Shown here: piece after piece, positions 38,942-49,123 of the stretch
Numbering within the stretch: the first letter of the stretch is position 1
Layout of the letters: the number at the start of each line of letters is the position of its first letter
Source of the DNA: Dehalococcoidia bacterium
GTDB lineage: Bacteria; Chloroflexota; Dehalococcoidia; Lucifugimonadales; GCA-2712585
Reading direction: 5' to 3'
Length of the DNA stretch: 64,000 nt
Assembly: GCA_965221895.1 (NCBI GenBank)
Contig: CBDCSX010000002.1
Location: 1,595,366 to 1,659,365, forward strand
Program-made: the position numbers and the translations under genes
The notes under the pieces: generated by a model
What the model was told of the DNA's origin: nothing
Database searches by the model: none
What the model saw: only the letters and a program-made list of their open reading frames with translations

Positions 38942-39050
38942 AACCAGCCCCCTACGGGTGGGGGTCTTGCCATCGGATAAACCGCCTACGCAATAGACGG
39001 GGAAAGGGCGGTTCGCGAACCGCCCCTACCAGAGGGGGGGGTAATATCGT
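38942..39050. repeat. Right ~105-bp direct repeat flanking brnTA, preceded by a degenerate MITE-TIR-like 'gggtttgaaaccagcc'
   Basis: Alignment to 38136-38240. The palindrome GGGCGGTTCGCGAACCGCCC is perfect here. Confidence 0.7.
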
Positions 39051-39163
39051 CCGATTCTCCGTGAGCGGTCTTGTCTAGTCTGGACACCAACCCCAAAAGA
39101 CTGTAGTTTTTTATGGGCGCTTCTAAACATCGGCGCGCCAGTCCCAACCTCCAAGGAGCTAAG

Positions 39164-41767
39164 ATGACCCAGTCCTCTCCCTACCGACTGCCCCCCAACG
39201 TCCGGCCTACGGCCTACAGGCTGACGCTGACGCCGGACCTGGAAAACTTCACCTTCACCGGCCAGGTGTCCATAGATCTGCAGGTTTCCGAATCCACGGG
39301 ACGAATCCTGCTCAACGCCGCCGAGCTTGAAATAACCTCCGCTAGCATCACGGACGCATACGGCGGGCCCATGCCCGCGTCCGGGATTCTCCTAGACGAA
39401 AAGCGGGAGCGGGCCTACCTGACGTTTCCCAGGGAGATCGCTACGGGCAGGGCAACCCTGTCGATGGAATTTTCCGGCATCCTCAACGACCAGCTAAGGG
39501 GCTTCTATCGGTGCCGTTACACGGACGCAGACGGGGCCGACCGCAACATGGCCGCCACGCAGTTCGAGGCCACTGACGCCCGCCGAGCCTTCCCCTGCTG
39601 GGACGAGCCTGCCGCCAAGGCCACCTTCGAGCTTACCCTCCGCATCCCGTCGGAGCTAACGGCAGTATCGAACACCATGCCCGAGGCGGAGACGCCCGCC
39701 AAGGAGGGCACGAAAGAAATCCTTTTCGCCCCAACGCCAAAGATGTCTACATACCTGCTGGCCTTCATCGTTGGAGACCTTGCCGCCGTGGAAGAACGCG
39801 CGGCCAACGGCACCCTCGTGCGCATCTGGGCCACCCGCGGCAAGGAGGAGCAGGGCCGCTTCGCCCTCGAAACCGCCGTAGACCTACTGACCTATCTGGA
39901 CTTCTACTTCGGCATTCCCTACCCCCTAGAGAAGCTGGACCACCTCGCCCTGCCGGACTTTGCCGCCGGCGCAATGGAGAACTGGGGGGCTATTACGTAC
40001 CGGGAGATCGCCCTCCTCTTCGATCCGGCTAACTCCGCCGCCAACACCCGCCAGCGCATTGCCGAAATCGTTGCCCACGAGATGGCCCACATGTGGTTCG
40101 GCGACCTGGTTACTATGGAGTGGTGGGACGACCTCTGGCTCAACGAGAGCTTCGCCTCCTGGATGGGCAACAAGGCCGTGGACCACATCCGCCCGGAATG
40201 GGACATGTGGACGCAGTTCGTCTACCAGGACACCAACGGCGGATTGAGCCTTGACGGTTTGAAGAACTCTCATCCCATCGAGATGCAGGTTGCAAATCCG
40301 GCTGAGATTGGCGAGCTTTTCGACGCGATCAGCTACAACAAGGGCGGTGCAGTGCTCCGGATGCTGGAGGATTTTCTGGGCGAGGAGACTTTCCGCCAGG
40401 GCATTCACCACTACCTCAAGAGCCATCAGTACGGCAACGCCCGCACGGAAGACCTGTGGGCCAGCCTGGAGTCTGTTTCCGGCAAGCCCATCACGGCCAT
40501 CATGAACACCTGGGTCAAGCAGGCCGGCTATCCCGTCGTGACGGTGGAGGAATCCACCGACGCCTACATCGGAGGCCCTGTCCTATCGCTCACGCAAAGC
40601 CGCTTCCTCTACGACCGTCTGATGAGTCCGGAGGACGAAGACGCCTCCCTATGGCAGGCGCCCGTAAGCATCCAACAGGCCGGCGTGCACTCCAAGGTCG
40701 CCGCCCTCATGGTGGGCAGCACTCTGAATGTGCCCCTTGATTCAGCCGACGACGCAGGCTGGGTCAAGGTCAACGCCGGCCAAACGGGCTTCTACCGCGT
40801 CAACTACGACGCCGACCAGTGGAAGCGTCTGGGAGAAGCCGTCGGCTCCATGGAACTGCCGGCCACTGACCGGCTTGGCCTACAGAACGACGCCTACGCC
40901 CTGATGCGCGCCGGCTCTCTATCCCCCGCCACCTTCCTTGCCTTGGCGGAAAACTACCGCGGCGAGACCCACGTTTCCGTGTGGAGCGACCTGGCCTCCA
41001 ACCTCGGCTCCTTCGACAACCTCATTGGCAGCCAGCCCTACTACGACCGGTTCCGGCCCTTCGCCCAAGATATTTTTAGAAAGGCCGCCCAACGGATAGG
41101 CTGGGAGCCTCAGCCCGACGAAGGACACCTGGACACGCTGCTGCGGACCACCATGCTGGGGCAGCTGGGCACATACGGCGACGAAGCGACGATTCAGGAA
41201 GCGCGGGCCCGCTTCGACCGTTTCCTGGAGCGGCCCGAATCGCTGTCCCCCGACCTGCGGGGAATGGTCATCGCACTGACGGCCCAGGCGGGCGACGGGG
41301 ACACCTTCGACACCCTCCTCCAGTTGGAGGATGCGGCGGACCTACAGGAAGAGAAGATGCGCCTACTGCGCGCCCTTACTCGTTTCCAGCGGGGAGACCT
41401 GCTCCAGAAGACCCTGGAGCTAACCCTCAGCCCAAGAGTACGAACCCAGGACAGCGTGTCGCTGGTTATCGGCGTGGCCGTTAACCGAATTGGCGGGGAC
41501 ATGGCCTGGGAGTTCATCAAGAACAACTGGGACGAGTTCAACCGACGTTACGGCGCGGGCGGATTCGCCATCATGCACCTCGTCAGTATCATCGGGCGGT
41601 TCACCACCCTGGAGCACGCCGACGACGTGGAGGCGTTCTTCGCCGAGCATCCGGCGCCGGGAGCACAGAGGACCATCCAACAGGCCCTGGAGCGCATCCG
41701 AATCAACGCCCGGTGGCTGGAGGTTCGGGGAGCGGAGGCCGGTGAATGGCTGAGCGCGCGGAGTTAA
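39164..41767 (+). CDS. pepN: Aminopeptidase N (M1 family)
   Basis: 'GAMENWG' and 'HEMAHMWFGD' (HExxH-18-E). The start was set at MTQSSPY with an AGGAG RBS. Confidence 0.9.
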   Translation: MTQSSPYRLPPNVRPTAYRLTLTPDLENFTFTGQVSIDLQVSESTGRILLNAAELEITSASITDAYGGPMPASGILLDEKRERAYLTFPREIATGRATLSMEFSGILNDQLRGFYRCRYTDADGADRNMAATQFEATDARRAFPCWDEPAAKATFELTLRIPSELTAVSNTMPEAETPAKEGTKEILFAPTPKMSTYLLAFIVGDLAAVEERAANGTLVRIWATRGKEEQGRFALETAVDLLTYLDFYFGIPYPLEKLDHLALPDFAAGAMENWGAITYREIALLFDPANSAANTRQRIAEIVAHEMAHMWFGDLVTMEWWDDLWLNESFASWMGNKAVDHIRPEWDMWTQFVYQDTNGGLSLDGLKNSHPIEMQVANPAEIGELFDAISYNKGGAVLRMLEDFLGEETFRQGIHHYLKSHQYGNARTEDLWASLESVSGKPITAIMNTWVKQAGYPVVTVEESTDAYIGGPVLSLTQSRFLYDRLMSPEDEDASLWQAPVSIQQAGVHSKVAALMVGSTLNVPLDSADDAGWVKVNAGQTGFYRVNYDADQWKRLGEAVGSMELPATDRLGLQNDAYALMRAGSLSPATFLALAENYRGETHVSVWSDLASNLGSFDNLIGSQPYYDRFRPFAQDIFRKAAQRIGWEPQPDEGHLDTLLRTTMLGQLGTYGDEATIQEARARFDRFLERPESLSPDLRGMVIALTAQAGDGDTFDTLLQLEDAADLQEEKMRLLRALTRFQRGDLLQKTLELTLSPRVRTQDSVSLVIGVAVNRIGGDMAWEFIKNNWDEFNRRYGAGGFAIMHLVSIIGRFTTLEHADDVEAFFAEHPAPGAQRTIQQALERIRINARWLEVRGAEAGEWLSARS

Positions 41768-41879
41768 TTTTGACTGCGCTGAGGAGCATATTGCCACCAG
41801 TTCGCGCAGAGTGGCGGAATTGCCAACCATCCGGGGCTAGGCGGAACATCGACCTCCGCGGCGGGCCGTCCCTAGGACG

Positions 41880-42944
41880 TTGAACCGGGCGAATTTTCCT
41901 GCCTTGGCTCAGACCTTGCTTTCCCGCCCACAGCTTTTCGCGTCGGCCGCCCTGCTGGGCCTGCTTTTACTAACGTCAACGCCCCTGGCCTGCCACCGAG
42001 CCGACCCGTCGGAAGACCCGGGAAGCCTCGTCATCTACGCTGCGCGTGAGGAGCAGCTGGTCGGCCCCGTGGTGGAAAGATTTCGGGAGGAGACGGGAGT
42101 GCGGGTAAAGGTGAAGTACGGCGGCACGGCGCAGGTGGCGGCCACTCTCCTAGAAGAGGGCGACGCCAGCCCCGCCGACCTGTTCTGGACGCGCGATCCC
42201 GGAGGGCTGGGCGCCCTTTCCGGCAAGCTCAAGTCTCTGCCGTCGGACATTCTGGACTTAGTGCCCGACAGGGCCCGCTCTTCCGAAGGCCAATGGGTGG
42301 GCATCACTGCACGGGTGCGGGCGCTGGTCTACAATCCTGAGCGCGTTGACCCCCAGGAGCTTCCCCGCTCCCTTCGCGATCTGACGGAGGCACGCTGGAA
42401 GGATAGGGTGGGGTGGTCGCCTACAAGCGGGCCCACCCAGACCATGATCACCTTCATGCGCTACGCCTGGGGAGAGGAGGAGACCCGGCGCTGGCTTGCA
42501 GCCCTGGAGGAGAACGGGGCGGTCAAGTACGGCGGCCACACGTCGGTGGTGGCGGCAGTGCACCGGGGCGAGGTAGACGTGGGGTTGGTCAACCACTACT
42601 ACGTCCACCGGTTCAGGGAGGAGCACGGCCAGGACGCCGCCGTTGAGAATCACCACCTGCCGGAAAAGGGGCCGGGCAACCTGGCCATGATATCCGGCGC
42701 GGGCGTCCTGCGAACGGTGAAAAACGAGGCCAACGCCCACGCCTTCCTGCGGTATCTACTTTCGGCCCACGCTCAGGCTTACTTCACCCATCAGACCTTC
42801 GAGTATCCAATGGTAGAGGCTGTGCCCATCCACCCCGACCTCACACCTCTGGCCGAAATCAACACCCCCGAGGCAAACATGGACGACTTGGCTGACTTGC
42901 AGGCGACGCTGGGGCTGCTGCGGGAGTTGGGGGTTGTGCCGTAG
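41880..42944 (+). CDS. Fe(3+) ABC transporter substrate-binding protein (FbpA/AfuA-like)
   Basis: Signal peptide and SBP_bac_1/11-type 'VIYAAREEQLVGPVVERFREETGVRVKV'. Confidence 0.65.
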   Translation: MNRANFPALAQTLLSRPQLFASAALLGLLLLTSTPLACHRADPSEDPGSLVIYAAREEQLVGPVVERFREETGVRVKVKYGGTAQVAATLLEEGDASPADLFWTRDPGGLGALSGKLKSLPSDILDLVPDRARSSEGQWVGITARVRALVYNPERVDPQELPRSLRDLTEARWKDRVGWSPTSGPTQTMITFMRYAWGEEETRRWLAALEENGAVKYGGHTSVVAAVHRGEVDVGLVNHYYVHRFREEHGQDAAVENHHLPEKGPGNLAMISGAGVLRTVKNEANAHAFLRYLLSAHAQAYFTHQTFEYPMVEAVPIHPDLTPLAEINTPEANMDDLADLQATLGLLRELGVVP

Positions 42945-43069
42945 GGGGGCGTACTGAATAGGGGAGAGTAGAGAGGGGAGTTCCTTCAGGCCTCGGACGC
43001 GATGTGTCAATGCCAAAGCCACAGACGGGTGAAAATCGCCGCGTTCGGCCCTTCGGCCTTAGAGTGTCG

Positions 43070-43282
43070 CTACCCTATCAATTGCAGAATGACGTTTAGG
43101 CCAGCCAAAACCAATCCAACGACGCTGATGGTAGATACCACCAACACCTTTAACGCTTTAATGTCCCCACGAACTTCGGCCAAGTCTGCTTTCGTTGCGT
43201 AGTGCTGACGATATTCGTCTCGCAACGACGACAGTTCTTCCCTAAGCTCACTTCGGGTAATGGGCTGTTCCGCCATTGCCAT
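43070..43282 (-). CDS. Small coiled-coil protein with a C-terminal TM helix (XhlA/DUF1640-like), downstream of the AbiTii-like gene
   Basis: 'SELREELSSLRDEYRQHYATKADLAEVRGDIKALKVLVVSTISVVGLVLAGLNVILQLIG'. The start was trimmed to MAMAEQ. Confidence 0.45.
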   Translation of the reverse strand: MAMAEQPITRSELREELSSLRDEYRQHYATKADLAEVRGDIKALKVLVVSTISVVGLVLAGLNVILQLIG

Positions 43283-43436
43283 TGCTATCCTCCGATACTC
43301 TCTGTACCAGAGCCTAACAAAACCGATGTGCGACGGCAAGCAGCGGTTGGCACCGGTGTTCTCTCAATTCCTCGGTTGAGTGGGCTGAGTCTCGAGTACT
43401 CCACATACTATTCGCCATGCGGGACCGTTTATGCTA

Positions 43437-44339
43437 TCACCCTCCGTAATAGCTCCTAATTCCATCTATTAACACCTTTGGAGCCGTTGCGAGGCTGATC
43501 TTCCATGCTCCAGATGCCGCCTTTTCTATCATTTTCCCTACCCAAGCCTGAACTTTCGGTCCAAATTGACCTTGAGAAGGATCCTGCTCAGTAGCAACTA
43601 TTCTTTTGAGTTCACTCAGGTCATTCTCATCGACCTTATGGCCAGCCAAGTGATTTACAAGCGATGCAATGTCACCCTTGCGAATGGGATTAGCTTGTTG
43701 TTGTACGTTTTCTCCGCTGGCTACGATGTTGTGGTCGCCATGGATATTGATGTTGAAAAGGTTCCTCACCGTCTCTTGCTTCACTTCGCCACTCTTCAGG
43801 TTTTCCGACGTGACATTGTTCTCCTGCAGGCCAAGTATGAAATCTAACAGCTTGTTCTTCACCTTATCCAGAATTCCAGCGATGTGTGAGGGGAGAATCG
43901 GCTGGTGTGCATTTACTAAAATCATGCCATCTGTCATTTGTGTTGCATCTCTAGCCAACATCACGAATTCTACAGGCCATTCCCTCTTATATTTCCCGTC
44001 CCCCTGGTTTAGCATAGCTTCAAGCTCTCCCACACCCTGGGAAAGGACCAATTTCTCAGCGAATTCCTTTACCGGGCTAGGTAGACTTTGCGTAGGAAGT
44101 GGTACCTTCCTTGCCATCGTCTGGAAGGAGCCACTGAAAGTGCCAAGATTGAGAGGGCGAGAACCTCTGTAGTTAGGCACTTTTTTCAAATCTGGGTAGC
44201 CATTGAGTTCAGAGTCAACCCATTCCCGAAATTCAGGTAACCCCAAATCGTTGGCGAGTATCTTCGCCTTCCTTAGGGTATTCGAGACACTCGCTGATTC
44301 ATCAATCAAGTCAGAGCGAATATTGTCGATTAGAGCCAT
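43437..44339 (-). CDS. AbiTii-like abortive-infection domain protein; the islet is lower in GC
   Basis: N-terminal 'LIDNIRSDLIDESASVSNTLRKAKILANDLGLPEFREWVDSELNGY' resembles the AbiTii N-terminal domain. Confidence 0.5.
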   Translation of the reverse strand: MALIDNIRSDLIDESASVSNTLRKAKILANDLGLPEFREWVDSELNGYPDLKKVPNYRGSRPLNLGTFSGSFQTMARKVPLPTQSLPSPVKEFAEKLVLSQGVGELEAMLNQGDGKYKREWPVEFVMLARDATQMTDGMILVNAHQPILPSHIAGILDKVKNKLLDFILGLQENNVTSENLKSGEVKQETVRNLFNINIHGDHNIVASGENVQQQANPIRKGDIASLVNHLAGHKVDENDLSELKRIVATEQDPSQGQFGPKVQAWVGKMIEKAASGAWKISLATAPKVLIDGIRSYYGG

Positions 44340-44526
44340 TTCTTTCCCAACCTACCTACGTTACTACTGTTCTTAATTTACCATAGTCCCCTATTCCAAT
44401 TGCCGCTTGGTGTGGCCTGTGCTACATTGCAACGTAAGCGCGACGAGATTCTTCGCTTCACTCAGAATGACATAAGTCGCGCTCGGAATGACAGTTGTCA
44501 CGCCATCCCAGCCCAAGGAGTTGAAG

Positions 44527-46278
44527 ATGACTAACGCTTACTCGGTTAAGTTTGAGCCGCATATCCCCCTGACCCTCGGAGACGGGACCATGTCCTACGT
44601 GGACGTGTTCCGGCCCGACGCTCCCGGTCGTTTTCCCGCCCTTCTCCAGCGCACGCCCTACGACAAGGGAGGGCCCGGCAGCCGCTCCGGACCCGTCGAC
44701 GCCATTCGGGGGGCCATGAACGGCTACGCCGTCGTCATCCAGGACGTTCGCGGTCGGCATAGTTCGGACGGCGAGTTCTACACCTTCGTCAACGAATCCG
44801 ACGACGGATATCACTCCGTGGAGTGGGTAGCGTCCCAGCCCTGGTGCAACGGCAAGGTGGGCATGTACGGCGTGTCCTACGTGGGCGCAACCCAGTGGCT
44901 CGCGGCCAAGGCAAAGCCCCCATCTCTGACGGCCATCGTCCCCGGCGTCACCGCCTCCGATTACCACGAAGGTTGGGCCTGGCAGGGCGGCGCCTTTGAG
45001 CTTGGCTTCAACCTTTCCTGGGCCGTCGGCCCCCTGACCGCCGCCAACTGGGGCAACCTCTCCAAACGTCTGGGCCTCCCCCAGCAGCAGCTGAACGACG
45101 TCATTCACGCCAAGGACAATCTGACCGACGGATTCCTGCACATGCCCTTGGAGGAAGTGCCTGACCTGAAGGGCGGCCTGGCTCCCTACTACTACGACTG
45201 GCTGGCCCATCCGGAGTTCGACGACTACTGGAAGAGCGTCTGCATCGCCGAGTCCCACTCCGACATCGACGTGCCCGCGCTCAACTGGGGCGGGTGGTAC
45301 GACGTGTTCCTCGGCGGCACAATCGACAACTACGTGGGGATGCGCCGACGAGGGGCGACGGAGGCCGCCCGCAAGGGTCAGCGCCTGCTCATCGGACCGT
45401 GGATTCACGGCAACTCGCCCGTTGACGTTTCGGGCCAGTTCCACTTCGGCACCCGCGCATCTTCTGCAGTCCTCGACCTGCCCGGGATCATCCTCCGCTA
45501 CTACGACCACTGGCTCAAGGGAGAGGACAACGGAGTGGCTGACGAAAAGCCGGTGCGCATCTTCGTCATGGGAGAAAACAGGTGGCGGATGGAGGATTCG
45601 TGGCCCCTGGAGCGGGCGGTGACCACCAACTTCTACCTGCATAGCGGCGGGAGGGCTAACACCCTGAACGGCGACGGGTCGCTGAGCGTGGACGCGCCGG
45701 GCAACGAGCCGCCGGACGTGTACGCCTACAACCCCCTGGACCCGGCCCCGACTCGAGGCGGCGGCCTGTGCTGCGACCCCGCATTCATGATGTCGGGCGC
45801 CTACGACCAGCGGCCTATCGAGGCTCGCCCCGACGTTCTGGTGTACAGCACGCCGGAACTTGAACGAGACACGGAAGTCACCGGCCCCGTGACGGTCACT
45901 CTGTACGCCGCCAGCTCCGCCGTGGACACGGACTTCACCGGCAAGCTGGTGGACGTTGAGCCCTGCGGCTGCGCCCGAAATCTAACCGACGGCATCATAC
46001 GCGCCAGATATCGTAAGCCGCGACAGCCTGCGAGCCTCATCCAACCCGGTGAAGTCTACGAGTACGCCATCGACGTCTGGGCCACCAGCAACGTGTTCAA
46101 GAAGGGACACCGGATTCGGTTGGAGATTTCCAGCAGCAACTTCCCCCGGTTCGACCGGAACGCCAACACCGGCGGGGACATAGGCGCGGGGACGCGGCTG
46201 GTTCCGGCTTTGCAGACAGTGTTCCACGACGGGGAGTATCCGTCGCACGTGAGCCTGCCGCTGGTGCCGAGGGGGTGA
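44527..46278 (+). CDS. CocE/NonD family hydrolase (S15 X-Pro dipeptidyl-peptidase fold)
   Basis: 'ALLQRTPYDKG', 'GVSYVGATQW' (GxSxxG), and a C-terminal beta-sandwich domain. Confidence 0.8.
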   Translation: MTNAYSVKFEPHIPLTLGDGTMSYVDVFRPDAPGRFPALLQRTPYDKGGPGSRSGPVDAIRGAMNGYAVVIQDVRGRHSSDGEFYTFVNESDDGYHSVEWVASQPWCNGKVGMYGVSYVGATQWLAAKAKPPSLTAIVPGVTASDYHEGWAWQGGAFELGFNLSWAVGPLTAANWGNLSKRLGLPQQQLNDVIHAKDNLTDGFLHMPLEEVPDLKGGLAPYYYDWLAHPEFDDYWKSVCIAESHSDIDVPALNWGGWYDVFLGGTIDNYVGMRRRGATEAARKGQRLLIGPWIHGNSPVDVSGQFHFGTRASSAVLDLPGIILRYYDHWLKGEDNGVADEKPVRIFVMGENRWRMEDSWPLERAVTTNFYLHSGGRANTLNGDGSLSVDAPGNEPPDVYAYNPLDPAPTRGGGLCCDPAFMMSGAYDQRPIEARPDVLVYSTPELERDTEVTGPVTVTLYAASSAVDTDFTGKLVDVEPCGCARNLTDGIIRARYRKPRQPASLIQPGEVYEYAIDVWATSNVFKKGHRIRLEISSSNFPRFDRNANTGGDIGAGTRLVPALQTVFHDGEYPSHVSLPLVPRG

Positions 46279-46319
46279 TTGCCCGACCTCTCGTTTAACT
46301 TGCCTTCAGGCCAACATTT

Positions 46320-47576
46320 GTGCGAAACTACCGAGCTATGAGCAGCGACTTCATAAAGCGGAAATCTCTCGTATTTGTCCTCGCGGCGGTGGTGGTGGGG
46401 CTTGTGGCTTTTGTGGGGGCGTGCGTGCTTGTGTATGAAACCGGGTGGTTGAGCAACGAGGAATACGACTGGAGGGAGGAAGTGACAGGCTCGCGCCCTT
46501 TTGTTCCCCCTCAGTGGTCTTCTGACGGCACGAAGATGATAATAGATTGGTGGGAGATCCCCTACCTAGTTGACACTGGTCCTGACCCACCAATGCTCAA
46601 GCGAATAGTCGCAGGAAATTACCAGGAACGCTTCTATCCCCGCATTTCTCCAGACGGATTGCGGATAGTCTTCTCAACGGAGCGACACGCGAGTTACGGA
46701 CTTATGAGGGAGATTGGAGTCTCCAACCTTGACGGGTCTGAATATCGACGACTAACCAGAAATAGATATTTTCAATCAGCCCCGGCGTGGTCTCCCGACG
46801 GCTCCCACATCGCCTTGTTCTCCAAACCTCAAAGTGACGAGGAAACCTACTACAGATTTCAAAGCTTATATGTGATTTCAGCCAGAGGCTCCAGCCCACA
46901 GAAACTTGTTGAGTGGGTTCGGGCTTTCGGCCCTCCTGTCTGGTCTCCCGATGGCCGCAAGATTGCATTATTGAGCCGCCCAAGAGCAACATCGGGTGAC
47001 GGCATTATCTACGTTATCGACCGAGACGGATCTAACGCGATCAAAATTCCTGGGGCTTCCAGCCAACCAGCCTGGTCTCCCGACGGAAGCTCTATAGCTT
47101 TTCTGCGTGGAGAAAAACGCGAATCCCTACATGTCGTCAACCCGGACGGTTCCGGGTTGCGGAAGCTAGTCGATTTGGACCCCGACACTTTACTAAGACG
47201 GAACTGGTATCCGGAACTTTATTTGTCTTGGTCTCCGGACGGTTCGGAGATCTTACTGCGGGACTACCCTTTCATTTTGGTCAAAGCCGATGGTACGGAT
47301 TACCCTGAGGGAGAATCACCATACGCCGTATTTGCCGATTCGCAAGATTGGCGCAGAGCCTACGCCTCCTGGTCTCCGGACGGCTCAAGAATTGCCATCA
47401 CTGTAGAGCGAATGGGTGAATTCGGGCCCATTGCTGGCGATGCCGTTCTCCTCACCATGGCGCGAGACGGGTCAGACAAGCGGGTGCTGGTAAGGCACGG
47501 CCATGAATACAGACCCTATGCCGTTCCCAATGAGCCGTGGGAGGGAGAAGGGGAATGGGTGTGGCATTCTCCGTAG
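46320..47576 (+). CDS. TolB-like (PD40/WD40-like beta-propeller) lipoprotein, paralog 1
   Basis: Lipobox 'AFVGAC' and repeated 'WSPDGS.IAF' blocks. Ends '...VPNEPWEGEGEWVWHSP'. Confidence 0.7.
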   Translation: MRNYRAMSSDFIKRKSLVFVLAAVVVGLVAFVGACVLVYETGWLSNEEYDWREEVTGSRPFVPPQWSSDGTKMIIDWWEIPYLVDTGPDPPMLKRIVAGNYQERFYPRISPDGLRIVFSTERHASYGLMREIGVSNLDGSEYRRLTRNRYFQSAPAWSPDGSHIALFSKPQSDEETYYRFQSLYVISARGSSPQKLVEWVRAFGPPVWSPDGRKIALLSRPRATSGDGIIYVIDRDGSNAIKIPGASSQPAWSPDGSSIAFLRGEKRESLHVVNPDGSGLRKLVDLDPDTLLRRNWYPELYLSWSPDGSEILLRDYPFILVKADGTDYPEGESPYAVFADSQDWRRAYASWSPDGSRIAITVERMGEFGPIAGDAVLLTMARDGSDKRVLVRHGHEYRPYAVPNEPWEGEGEWVWHSP

Positions 47577-47585
47577 GGGGGAATC

Positions 47586-47709
47586 AGCCCCGGTTCGACC
47601 GAAACGCCAACACGGGAGGGGGGACGCGGCTGGTTCTCGCGCTGCAGACCGTGTTCCACGACGCGGAATACCCCTCCCACGTAAGCCTTCCCCTGGTGCC
47701 TAGGGACTA
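47586..47709 (+). pseudogene. Orphan copy of the cocE 3' end (corresponding to 46143-46278), with an in-frame 12-nt deletion and a TAA stop in the homologous position
   Basis: Would encode 'PRFDRNANTGGGTRLVLALQTVFHDAEYPSHVSLPLVPRD*', compared with cocE 'PRFDRNANTGGDIGAGTRLVPALQTVFHDGEYPSHVSLPLVPRG*'. Most of the nucleotide differences are synonymous. Confidence 0.75.
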
Positions 47710-47798
47710 ACTGAATACATACATCCGCAAGTCATCGGCTTTTGACTTGCCGTTTCGCAACGCTTGTGCGAAACTAACCATCGATAGGCGGTGGTTTC

Positions 47799-49016
47799 GT
47801 GCAACGGAAATACATTGTAGTCGTCCTGGCGTCGGTTATGGTGGGGCTTGCGGCTTTTGTGGGAGCGTGCGCGCTTGTTTATGAAACCGGGTGGTTGAGC
47901 AGTGACGATGATGTAGGATACCCTGTTGGATCTCCTCCCCTCCTGCCTCCCATATGGTCTCCTGACGGCACAAAGATAGTATTGGACTGGTGGTCAGGGT
48001 CGTACCTGGTTGAAGCAAGATACGATGGCGTAGAACTCACTAGAATCTACGTGGAAAATGAATGGGAGAGGATTTATCCCCATATCTCCCCAGACGGCTC
48101 ACGGATAGCCTTCTCAACAGGGCGGAACTCGTTTGATGTATATGACTCTGATATTCGGCTTACCGACTTAGACGGGGGCAATTATCGATATCTGACCAGA
48201 AGCAGGGGTAATCAATTTGGTCAAAGGTGGGCACCCGACGGCTCAAGAATCGCCTTTATCTCATGTCTTCGCGTTCGCAAAGATGCGGTCGAGAGGACCT
48301 GTAGCCTATACAGCATAGCTGCCAACGGTTCCGGGCCCCGCAAGCTTGTTGACTCGGTGCAAGCTACCGGGGGCATCGCCTGGTCTCCTGATGGAAGGAC
48401 GATCGCATTCTTCGGCCATGAACGGGACCAGTTAGGCGAATGGCCGAAGGCCCATTTCATATACATCGTAGACGGCGATGGTTCAAATTTGGCCAGGCTT
48501 GCAGAAGCTTCTAGTCTACCGACCTGGTCCCCTGACGGAAGCTCTATTGCTTTTCTGCAGGGAGACACCAGAGACGCATTGTTCGTCGTCGAGCCGGACG
48601 GCACCGGGTTGCGGAAAATTGCCGTTCTAGATTCCATACCAGAACGGTCTTGGTTCCCAAGAACATACTTGTCGTGGTCTCCAAATGGTTCGGAGATTCT
48701 GCTGCAGGATTATCCCTTCATCTTGGTCAAGGCGGATGGCACGGAATACCCGGAGGGGAAAGCGCCTTATGCGGTTTTTGTCGACTCAGAAGATTGGGAA
48801 CATGCCTACGCGTCCTGGGCTCCGGACGGTTCAAGGATTGCCATCACTGTCCAGCAGGCCGGCGGAAACGACCCAGATGACAGAGAAGCCTTTCTCCTCA
48901 CCATGGCGCGAGACGGGTCAGACAAGCGTGCTATGGTAAGGATCGACGAACGTGTCTATGCCGTGCCCAATGAGCCGTGGGAGGGAGGGGGCGAGTGGGT
49001 GTGGCATTCGCCGTAG
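47799..49016 (+). CDS. TolB-like (PD40) lipoprotein, paralog 2
   Basis: ~60-65% identical to paralog 1, with N- and C-termini nearly identical. Confidence 0.7.
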   Translation: MQRKYIVVVLASVMVGLAAFVGACALVYETGWLSSDDDVGYPVGSPPLLPPIWSPDGTKIVLDWWSGSYLVEARYDGVELTRIYVENEWERIYPHISPDGSRIAFSTGRNSFDVYDSDIRLTDLDGGNYRYLTRSRGNQFGQRWAPDGSRIAFISCLRVRKDAVERTCSLYSIAANGSGPRKLVDSVQATGGIAWSPDGRTIAFFGHERDQLGEWPKAHFIYIVDGDGSNLARLAEASSLPTWSPDGSSIAFLQGDTRDALFVVEPDGTGLRKIAVLDSIPERSWFPRTYLSWSPNGSEILLQDYPFILVKADGTEYPEGKAPYAVFVDSEDWEHAYASWAPDGSRIAITVQQAGGNDPDDREAFLLTMARDGSDKRAMVRIDERVYAVPNEPWEGGGEWVWHSP

Positions 49017-49020
49017 GGGG

Positions 49021-49105
49021 AATCAACCACGCTTCGAGGTGAACGCCGACATGGGCGGGAACATGGGCGGGGAGACGCGGCTGGTACGAACGCTTGCAGT
49101 CCTGG
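49021..49105 (+). pseudogene. A second, more diverged orphan fragment of a cocE-like 3' end
   Basis: 'cgcttcgaggtgaacgccgacatgggcgggaacatgggcggggagacgcggctggtacgaacgcttgcag' is ~75% identical to cocE 46148-46225 and retains the 12 nt that the 47586-47709 copy lacks. Confidence 0.55.
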
Positions 49106-49123
49106 GGATAAACGCCTCAGACT

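Noticed and set aside
44458-45642. 394-aa minus-strand ORF
   Set aside because: It is antisense to the CocE/NonD hydrolase gene, which has clear catalytic motifs.
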